Shown here one piece after another: positions 57,223 to 64,000 of a stretch of DNA of 64,000 nt (positions are counted from its first letter, which is position 1; each line of letters starts with the position of its first letter). The stretch comes from Actinomycetes bacterium (GTDB lineage Bacteria; Actinomycetota; Actinomycetes; JACCUZ01). A model generated the notes under the pieces. The model was not told where the DNA came from. It did not search any database and saw only the letters and a program-made list of their open reading frames with translations. Both the position numbers and the translations under genes were made by a program. The DNA lies in NCBI GenBank assembly GCA_038246545.1, contig JBBRVW010000001.1, positions 11,473-75,472 of the forward strand, given 5' to 3'.

Positions 57223-57232
57223 GCCGCCACCG

Positions 57233-58072
57233 TCATGCCGTGACCCCGCTGGTCACCTGGTCGAGCAGTGCCTCCAGGACGGCCGGTTCGGTGGTGTTCT
57301 CACCGAGCCGGTTCTCCTTGCCGGTGCCGTGGTAGTCGCTGGACCCGGTGACCAGCAGGCCGAGCTCGGCGGCGAGGCCGCGCAGCCGCTCGCGGGCCCC
57401 GGGCGCGTTGTCGCGGTGGTCGACCTCGAGGCCGGCCAGCCCGGCGGCGGCCATCGCGTGGATCGCGTCGTCACCAACCGTCACGCCGCGCTTCTCGGCG
57501 GCGGGGTGGGCGAAGACCGGGACACCGCCTGCCTCGCGCACCAGCCGGACGGCGGCGACGGCGTCGACGTAGTAGTGCCCGACGAAGAACTCGCTGCCGT
57601 CGTGCAGCAGCGAGTCGAAGGCTTCCGTGCGGTCGCGCACCACGCCCTGCGCGACCAGGGTGTCGGCGATGTGCGGCCGCCCCACCGTGGCGCCGTCCGG
57701 GACGTTGGCCATCAACGCCTCCCACGACACGGGGTAGTCGGCCGCCTCGAGCCGGCCGATGATCGCACGGGCGCGCGGGACCCGGTCGTCCAGCGCATTG
57801 CCCATCTCCTCGGCCAGCGGCGCGTACGCCGGGTCGATGCCGTAGCCGAGCAGGTGCAGGCTCACGCCGTCGTACGCCGACGAGATCTCGGTGCCGCGGA
57901 CGAGGCGCAGCCCGGCAGGCAGTGCGCCGAGCGCCTCGTCCCACCCGCGCACCGTGTCGTGGTCGGTGAGCGCCACGACGTCCAGCCCGGCCACGGAGGC
58001 AGCGCGCACCAGGTCCGCCGGCGACTCGGTGCCGTCGGAGGCGGTGCTGTGGGTGTGGAGGTCGACGCGCAC
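57233..58072 (-). CDS. PHP-domain phosphoesterase
   Basis: MRVDLHTHSTASDG..., VALTDHD, AHP. Confidence 0.8.
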   Translation of the reverse strand: MRVDLHTHSTASDGTESPADLVRAASVAGLDVVALTDHDTVRGWDEALGALPAGLRLVRGTEISSAYDGVSLHLLGYGIDPAYAPLAEEMGNALDDRVPRARAIIGRLEAADYPVSWEALMANVPDGATVGRPHIADTLVAQGVVRDRTEAFDSLLHDGSEFFVGHYYVDAVAAVRLVREAGGVPVFAHPAAEKRGVTVGDDAIHAMAAAGLAGLEVDHRDNAPGARERLRGLAAELGLLVTGSSDYHGTGKENRLGENTTEPAVLEALLDQVTSGVTA

Positions 58073-58133
58073 CGGGCAAGGCTAGGGGGTGTCTCACCTC
58101 TCGCTCTCGACCAGGGAGTGCTCGCCCTGCCGG

Positions 58134-58769
58134 TCAGGCCGAGAGCCGTGGCGACAGCGCGCCGCAGGGCACGTCGAGCCCGTGGCCGGCGTCGCGCAGG
58201 TCGGTGAGGACGAAATCGTCGATGAGCAGGAACGCAGCCGTGCCCGGCCAGAGGACCGCCCACACCCAGTGCCCCAGCGCCTCCCCGACGTAGACCGCGC
58301 GGTCCCCGGCACCCTCGCCCGGCTCCATGACCCACATGGCGGTAGGGATGCCGGCTGCGTGGATCTTGGCGTCGACCGCGCGGTCGGGGATGACGCCGGC
58401 GTCCGGCCCGTCGAGACCCGCGAACCGCGCACCGAGACCGACGCCCATCTCCTCGGCCACGACCACCAGCTCGGCGACGCCACCCATCGGGGCCGGTCCC
58501 GAGCAGGCGACAGCGGTGGCGCGGGCACCCGTCCGCTCGTCACCGGCCGTCACCACCCCAGTGACGAGCCAGCCGCGGGGCAGTGGCCAGGGCAGCCACA
58601 CCGGGACCCCGGACCCCCGGGCGGCGGCGTGCAGGATCTGGGGGGTCGGCTGCACCACGGGCTGCACGGGGGGCACGGCGCCGTGCTCCTGGCAGGACCA
58701 GGCGCTGGCCCAGAGCCCGGGGGCGTGCAGGTCGGCCCCGCAACGGGGGCAGCTCGGCTGCGCCCTCAT
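58134..58769 (-). CDS. hypothetical protein with N-terminal zinc ribbon
   Basis: MRAQPSCPRCGADL...WSCQEHG. Start chosen at M17 of the track ORF. Confidence 0.45.
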   Translation of the reverse strand: MRAQPSCPRCGADLHAPGLWASAWSCQEHGAVPPVQPVVQPTPQILHAAARGSGVPVWLPWPLPRGWLVTGVVTAGDERTGARATAVACSGPAPMGGVAELVVVAEEMGVGLGARFAGLDGPDAGVIPDRAVDAKIHAAGIPTAMWVMEPGEGAGDRAVYVGEALGHWVWAVLWPGTAAFLLIDDFVLTDLRDAGHGLDVPCGALSPRLSA

Positions 58770-58838
58770 CGGCCCCTCATGGCACAGACGGTCCCGCCGT
58801 GGGCGACGGTGCGTCAACCCCCCGGCGACTGCCGCCGG

Positions 58839-59054
58839 CTACTCGACGACGCGGCGCGTGACGGTCGGCTCGTCGACGACGCGCTCCTCGACGACCCGGT
58901 CCGCGACCGGCTCCTCGACGACGACGCGGCGGGCCGACGGGCGGCGCTCGACCACCCTGGTACGACGGATCACGCGGGACGGGCCACCGCCCGTGAGGCC
59001 GACGGCCATGACGACCACCAGGACGACCGCGAGGACGATGAGGACGGCGAGCAT
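58839..59054 (-). CDS. small membrane protein with RVV-rich C-terminal repeats
   Basis: One transmembrane helix ([18 protein letters not shown]), then repeated RRVV/ERVV units. Confidence 0.35.
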   Translation of the reverse strand: MLAVLIVLAVVLVVVMAVGLTGGGPSRVIRRTRVVERRPSARRVVVEEPVADRVVEERVVDEPTVTRRVVE

Positions 59055-59080
59055 GGGACCCCTCCTTCGCCCGGGCCGGG

Positions 59081-59524
59081 TTGCCTAGGCTCCCAGGCGT
59101 GTTCCCGGAGCGCGGCGGCGCGAAACGACGGGTCCCCTGTGTGGGTGCACTCGTGCACGACGACGCCGGCCGCCTGCTGGTCGTCCGGCGGGGCCGTGAC
59201 CCGGGCCGTGGCCTGTGGTCGGTCCCCGGCGGACGGGTCGAGCCGGGAGAGACCGATGCCGTCGCCGTCGAGCGCGAGGTGCTCGAGGAGACCGGCCTGC
59301 ACGTCACAGTCGGCATGCGGGTCGGGACCGTGCTGCGCGACGGACCGGGCGGCGACGTCTACGACATCCGCGACTACGCCTGCTCGGTCGCGGTCCCCAC
59401 CACCCCGGTCGCCGGCGACGACGCCGACGAGGTCCGGTTCGCGAGCCGTACCGAGCTGGCCGCGCTCGACCTCGTCGACCAGCTCTGGGACACCCTGCAG
59501 GAGTGGGGGATGCTGCCCCGCTGA
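59081..59524 (+). CDS. NUDIX hydrolase
   Basis: NUDIX box [24 protein letters not shown]. Confidence 0.8.
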   Translation: MPRLPGVFPERGGAKRRVPCVGALVHDDAGRLLVVRRGRDPGRGLWSVPGGRVEPGETDAVAVEREVLEETGLHVTVGMRVGTVLRDGPGGDVYDIRDYACSVAVPTTPVAGDDADEVRFASRTELAALDLVDQLWDTLQEWGMLPR

Positions 59525-59534
59525 GCAGCCGCCC

Positions 59535-60692
59535 TCAGAGCGAGAGGACCAGGTCGGCGGCCGGCCCGGGCGCGCCGAGCTCGAGGCGCCGGCACGGCTG
59601 CTCGAGACGGCAGCTCAGGACAGCTCCCCGGCCGCCGGACAGCGTGCGCAACGAGACCAGGACGGTGTCGGCGCTCCGCCAGGTCACCTGCGAGACGAAC
59701 ACCCGTGGCGGGATCCCCAGCCGCGACGTCCGGCCGCTGCGCAGGTCGAGCACGCGGAGCACCGGCCGGTCCCCCCGGGCCACGACCAGCTGGCCCGACG
59801 GCGACCAGGCTGCCGGCTCGGCCAGCGGAACCTGGCAGTACCACCGCGCGGGGCGTCTGCCGAGGGCTCGAACCAGGCCGGTGCACCGGGGGCCGGTCAC
59901 CAGCCACTCCTCGCGGCGCGGAGCGCCGGCGAGGAGGAACAGCCGCTTCCCGTCACCGGGGGCCGGGGTGACCTGGTCGGGGGCGCCGGAGCCGGGCCGC
60001 CACCGGAACGGAAGGCCACCCGACTCAGCGGCGACGGTGAGGACCACCCCCGACGGCAGCCAGTCGCGGACGCCGTAGGGCCGGCGAGTGGTCCTCGACG
60101 CGAGCACGGCGCCGGTCCGCAGGTCCTGCACCACGAGGCCGAAGGGCCCGCGTGACGTGCCGGTCGTCACGGCGTAGGCCACTCGTTCGCCGGCCGGGTC
60201 GACAGCGATCCCCTGCGGCAGGCGGAAGTCGCCCTGGAAGGTCTCGAGCACGAACCGGCTGCCGTCGCGCCGCAGCTGCTCGAGCAGGGTGCTGCCGCGG
60301 GACTGCACCAGCAGGACCGGCCCGGCGGCGGCGTCGTGCATGTCCAGTGCCTGGTCGCCCCGGCCGAGTCGGTAGGACCGCCCGTCGGCCCGGACCAGCC
60401 GGTGCAGCGCGAAGTCGACCCCGGCGTCGCGGTGGCGCGCGAGACCAGCCCACGGCGCCGGGCCGGACCCGGGGGCGGGAGCGGCGGCCGCAGCCGGGGC
60501 GGAGGGCGCCGTCAGGGGCCGGGACGGTGTCGCGGCGCCGGACTCGACCGGGGGCGGCCGCGGAGGGATCGGGTCGGCGGCGGTCAGGCGCTGGGTCAGC
60601 CCGAAGCCACCGGCGACGACCGCCAGCGCCAGCGCCACCGCCACCGGCCGCCGCGAGGGCGGGCGGTCCTCGCCGATCAGGTCGTCGTCCAC
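59535..60692 (-). CDS. membrane-anchored beta-propeller-like protein (TolB/WD40-like), hypothetical
   Basis: N-terminal transmembrane helix and Pro/Ala linker, then repeated beta-strand-rich units. Confidence 0.5.
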   Translation of the reverse strand: MDDDLIGEDRPPSRRPVAVALALAVVAGGFGLTQRLTAADPIPPRPPPVESGAATPSRPLTAPSAPAAAAAPAPGSGPAPWAGLARHRDAGVDFALHRLVRADGRSYRLGRGDQALDMHDAAAGPVLLVQSRGSTLLEQLRRDGSRFVLETFQGDFRLPQGIAVDPAGERVAYAVTTGTSRGPFGLVVQDLRTGAVLASRTTRRPYGVRDWLPSGVVLTVAAESGGLPFRWRPGSGAPDQVTPAPGDGKRLFLLAGAPRREEWLVTGPRCTGLVRALGRRPARWYCQVPLAEPAAWSPSGQLVVARGDRPVLRVLDLRSGRTSRLGIPPRVFVSQVTWRSADTVLVSLRTLSGGRGAVLSCRLEQPCRRLELGAPGPAADLVLSL

Positions 60693-60851
60693 CGCACCTC
60701 CTCAGCTGGTCAGCACGGTCGATAGCGACCGCCCCTTGCGGGAGGCGGACGGCCGCCGTCCTGGTCGCCAGGTTGCCCTGGATCCGGCGCGCGCGGTCAA
60801 GAGTTGCCGCTTCCGCCCCGAAGGACAGGTGTGGCGACCTACGGTGCAGGC

Positions 60852-61313
60852 ATGTCCGCACGACCCCAGCTGCGTCCGGTCCGGCTGCGGCTGACGTGGC
60901 GCCAGCGACGGGCGTTCGTGCTCACCGTGCTCGGCTACCAGGTGCTGGTCTGGGGCGACTACCTGCTGCTCGACGGCCGCTTCGGCGGCGGTCCGCGCAC
61001 CGCGCTGGCCGGTGCCGCACTCCTCCTGGTGGCGGGTGCGATGTGGTGGGTCGGCACCTCGGCGACCCGCCGCGGCCTGGTCGTGCACGCCCTGCCGCCG
61101 ATGACGATCCCGTGGGCCGAGGTCCGCGAGATCGAGGTCCGCACCCAGGTCGGCCGCAAGGTCGTGGTCGTCCACCACGGTCGCGATCTGCACCGCACCA
61201 CGACGCTGTCGGCGCCCTTCACCGGCCCGATCAGCAGGGACGACGACTTCCAGGACAAGGTCCGGGCACTGCGCTCCTACTGGGCGGCCCACCGCGAGAG
61301 CACCGCCGCCTGA
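60852..61313 (+). CDS. PH-domain-like membrane protein, hypothetical
   Basis: Two transmembrane helices, then a soluble domain ...VREIEVRTQVGRKVVVVHH. Start chosen at M17 of the track ORF. Confidence 0.45.
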   Translation: MSARPQLRPVRLRLTWRQRRAFVLTVLGYQVLVWGDYLLLDGRFGGGPRTALAGAALLLVAGAMWWVGTSATRRGLVVHALPPMTIPWAEVREIEVRTQVGRKVVVVHHGRDLHRTTTLSAPFTGPISRDDDFQDKVRALRSYWAAHRESTAA

Positions 61314-61316
61314 GGG

Positions 61317-61823
61317 TCAGGACTCCTGCGGCTCGGGACGGCCGGGCTGCTCGCCGCCGCGCGCCTCGCCGTACGACCGCTTCGGCACCATGACCTTGCG
61401 GCGGAACACGCACACGACCACGCCGTCCTGGTTGTAGCCGCGGGTCTCGACGTGGACCACGCCGCGGTCGTCCTTGGACCTCGACTCGGTCTTGTCCAGC
61501 ACTGTGGTCTCGCCGTAGATGGTGTCGCCGTGGAAGGTCGGTTTCACGTGCTTGAGCGACTCGACCTCGAGGTTGGCGATGGCCTTGCCGCTGACGTCCG
61601 GCACAGACATGCCGAGCAGCAGCGAGTAGATGTAGTTGCCCACCACGACGTTCTTGCCGAAGTCGGTGGTCTGCTCGGCGTAGTGCGCATCGAGGTGCAA
61701 CGGGTGGTGGTTCATGGTGAGCAGGCAGAACAGGTGGTCGTCGTACTCGGTGACCGTCTTGCCGGGCCAATGCTTGTAGGTCGCCCCGACCTCGAACTCC
61801 TCGTAGTAGCGGCCGAACTGCAT
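61317..61823 (-). CDS. MaoC-like (hot-dog fold) dehydratase
   Basis: GGAGG then ATG; FEVGATYKHWPGKTVTEYDDHLFCLLTMNHHPLHLD. Confidence 0.8.
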   Translation of the reverse strand: MQFGRYYEEFEVGATYKHWPGKTVTEYDDHLFCLLTMNHHPLHLDAHYAEQTTDFGKNVVVGNYIYSLLLGMSVPDVSGKAIANLEVESLKHVKPTFHGDTIYGETTVLDKTESRSKDDRGVVHVETRGYNQDGVVVCVFRRKVMVPKRSYGEARGGEQPGRPEPQES

Positions 61824-61959
61824 GGCTGGTGCCTCCTGAGCGGTACGACGGACTGCCCGGCATCCTGCCGGACATGTCGTTCGCGCCGCCAACGAGGTCC
61901 GGCGCAATGACGCCGATGGCCCCGCTGCACCAGCAGCGGGGCCATCGAGCAGTTGCCGA

Positions 61960-62715
61960 CTAGGACACGAATGCGAACGTGCTCTGCACGTCGTAGTAGC
62001 CAGCTGGAACCGTGATCTGGTCCACGTCGCCGAACGTGGTTTCAGGTCCACCACAGTCAGCGGAGCCGCCAATGTTGATCTTCATGGCCGTGTAGGTCGG
62101 GGTAGACGTGGACCCCTGCTTGGCGATCGTCGCGAAGTCGACGCCGGTGGAACCGTCGCCATACTCGCAGTACATCGAGGGACTAACAGTGTCGATGCTC
62201 TGGCGCGAGATCAGCACGCGCGGGTAGACCTTGAGGGTGCCGGTGCCGAGCCCAGCAGCCTTGACGGACACCGTGCAGGGAGCCTTGGCGGTCGAGCACG
62301 TGAAGCGGAAGGTACCGCCGGTCGTATCCCCGACCGGCGAGCCGAGCACGGTCGAGTACGTCGCCCACACCGACGCGGGGGCGCCGCCTCGAGACACGTT
62401 GACGGTCGCGAGGCCGTACTGAGCGACCGAAGCATCGCCCTTGTCGCCCTTGGCGCCCTGCGGACCGGTGGCGCCGGTGGCACCAGTGGCACCCTTCGGG
62501 CCACCCTTCTGCAGCGTCGAAACAGCCTTGGCTGTGAGGTCCTTGACCTTCAGCGAGCCGTCGTGCACGTCGCGGCTGCGTAGCGTGTTGTCCTTGACGT
62601 CCTTGCTCGTGATGAGGCTCGCGGCGGTCGCGGTGCCGCCGCCGATGACGGCCACGACCAGGATGGCCCCGGCGATCGCCGGGACGCGCCGGCCTCGAGT
62701 GATGCGGTTGAGCAT
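61960..62715 (-). CDS. secreted or membrane-anchored protein with a short collagen-like (G-X-Y)x8 repeat and a Cys-containing beta-rich C-terminal domain
   Basis: MLNRITRGRRVPAIAGAILVVAVIGGG (signal or anchor), then GGPKGATGATGATGPQGAKGDKGD, then about 170 aa with 4 Cys. Codon usage is noticeably richer in A/T-ending codons than the neighbours. Confidence 0.6.
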   Translation of the reverse strand: MLNRITRGRRVPAIAGAILVVAVIGGGTATAASLITSKDVKDNTLRSRDVHDGSLKVKDLTAKAVSTLQKGGPKGATGATGATGPQGAKGDKGDASVAQYGLATVNVSRGGAPASVWATYSTVLGSPVGDTTGGTFRFTCSTAKAPCTVSVKAAGLGTGTLKVYPRVLISRQSIDTVSPSMYCEYGDGSTGVDFATIAKQGSTSTPTYTAMKINIGGSADCGGPETTFGDVDQITVPAGYYDVQSTFAFVS

Positions 62716-62955
62716 GGTTTCTCCGCCCGTGTGGATGTTCGGCGAGCGGCACCAAGTCCGGCCACCCCTCCCCGGTCCGCGAGTGCCTCGCGGAGTGCCG
62801 GATGAGGGCGAACCTACCCCGTGCGAATGGTGCATCCAGACCATGACGCCTGTTTTCACCCACATACGTCCGAACGGGTGATGTCGGGCTAACCGGACGG
62901 GGGTCAGGCCCGTCGCAGATCGTCACACCCGGTGGCGCAGAGCGACGGCCGCGAG

Positions 62956-63444
62956 TCAGGACCCGGACATCATCCGGGCCAGCACCTCGCGGGCCTTGTC
63001 TGCTTCCGACCACGTGCAGTGGATGTCGTACGAGCTGGCAACGATCTTGTTCTTGGACGTGAAGTCGCGCCGGCCGCCGGACAGCGCGTGGCCGACGAAG
63101 CCGAAGACGGCACCCATCACCGCGCCGTACAGCAGGGCCGACACGATCAGGCCGAACGTGTTGGTGCCGCTGTCGGCGAAGACCGAGAGCAGGACGCCGA
63201 CGAAGAGGCCGAACCACAGGCCGGTCGCCGCGCCGGCCGTCGCGGCGCGGCCGCGGGTCAGCCGGCCTAGGACGTTCTCGACCATCTTGAGGTCGGAACC
63301 GACGATCGACACGTGCTGCACCGGGAACTGCTCGTCGGAGAGGAAGTCGACGGCTCGCTGCGCCTCGACGTAGGTGTCGTAGCTGCCGACGACCTGGCCG
63401 CGCGGGATGTCGGAGTACTGGTCGTGTGCTGAGGGAGCAGGCAT
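62956..63444 (-). CDS. general-stress-type membrane protein (two transmembrane helices plus Gly-zipper C-terminal region)
   Basis: MPAPSAHDQYSDIPRGQVVGSYDTYVEAQRAVDFL, then GLWFGLFVGVLLSVF and LLYGAVMGAVFGFVG. Confidence 0.55.
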   Translation of the reverse strand: MPAPSAHDQYSDIPRGQVVGSYDTYVEAQRAVDFLSDEQFPVQHVSIVGSDLKMVENVLGRLTRGRAATAGAATGLWFGLFVGVLLSVFADSGTNTFGLIVSALLYGAVMGAVFGFVGHALSGGRRDFTSKNKIVASSYDIHCTWSEADKAREVLARMMSGS

Positions 63445-63488
63445 GCGCCCATTCTCGTACGTGCGGCGCCGGCCCCTCGACGCCGGGC

Positions 63489-64000
63489 TCACTCCCAGGT
63501 AGTGGGGATCCCGTGGCCGCGCGAGACGCCCAGGGTGCGTTCCTCCGCGCCCGGCCAGACTCTGAGCGTCAGGAGCACCTCGTACACGCTGTCGGGAGTG
63601 CGCCGCAGTGGCTCGAGGGCCAGGTGCGCGAAGCCCGCGTCCGCCGTCGCGGTGTCGCCCAGCTGCTCGATCCGGGCGGCGGCCCGGTCCCGCTCGGCTC
63701 GGTCGAGGTACTGCCACATGATCGAGTGCCACAGCACGGTGGTCGTGCCGTCGCGGAGGTCGACCTGGTCCAGCCAGTCCGCCGCCCCGGCCCGGTCGAG
63801 CCGTGCCGGCACCGCGGCCGCCACCTCGAACGCTCCGCGCAGCCGCGCCAGCCGGTCCACCTGGTCCGGCCACACGTACGACGTGAGCACCAGCCGTCCC
63901 CCCGTGCTGCCGACGTCGACCGGCGCGCTGTCGCAACCGGCCCGCTCGACGACCATCAGCCCGACATCCACCGGCGGGACGGACCCGCGCCACACGTCGG
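63489..64000 (-). CDS. hypothetical protein, probably N-terminally truncated by the window end
   Basis: Track ORF 63489..63995. The frame stays open to the window edge. Confidence 0.4.
   Translation of the reverse strand, partial: DVWRGSVPPVDVGLMVVERAGCDSAPVDVGSTGGRLVLTSYVWPDQVDRLARLRGAFEVAAAVPARLDRAGAADWLDQVDLRDGTTTVLWHSIMWQYLDRAERDRAAARIEQLGDTATADAGFAHLALEPLRRTPDSVYEVLLTLRVWPGAEERTLGVSRGHGIPTTWE

Noticed and set aside
61960-62950. Prophage or integrative element around the A/T-richer collagen-like gene
   Set aside because: There is no integrase, no tRNA, and no direct repeats flanking. Only a single compositionally atypical gene, so it is reported as a finding rather than a mobile element.
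1-64000. tRNA, rRNA or riboswitch genes
   Set aside because: No cloverleaf-compatible segments (conserved GTTCGA T-loop with an acceptor stem) or rRNA-like stretches were seen. The few A/T-containing intergenic regions are accounted for by promoter and leader elements.

Overview
High-GC actinobacterial chromosomal segment with about 70 densely packed protein-coding genes and no rRNA, tRNA, CRISPR array or obvious mobile element. The core is a DNA-repair and stress neighbourhood: ABC1/UbiB-type kinase, a WhiB7-family regulator (AT-rich promoter, leader ORF and intrinsic terminator upstream), UvrD2-type helicase, mycoredoxin-like glutaredoxin, NudC, the AdnA/AdnB helicase-nuclease pair, MoeZ, TetR, DUF3107, DEAD-box helicase and an orphan ParA. 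From memory, gene content and order match M. tuberculosis Rv3197-Rv3213c. Interspersed blocks include a free-standing LigD polymerase domain; a WXG100-like protein fused to a DUF1023 alpha/beta-hydrolase with a coupled small protein and a lipoprotein; M16/M16/M3 peptidases; a gamma-glutamyl-amine (ethanolamine/polyamine-type) catabolic cluster; an ECF sigma factor divergent from a class F sortase; and a collagen-repeat secreted protein in an A/T-richer island. The most unusual items are a ~250 bp imperfect palindrome built from pentanucleotide tandem repeats, sitting just upstream of an orphan PqqD-like(RRE)/E1-like protein coupled to the ABC1 kinase, and two genes whose conserved N-termini lie upstream of any ATG/GTG/TTG (likely CTG starts). 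Coordinates taken from the ORF track are exact; hand-counted ones may be off by 1-2 nt.
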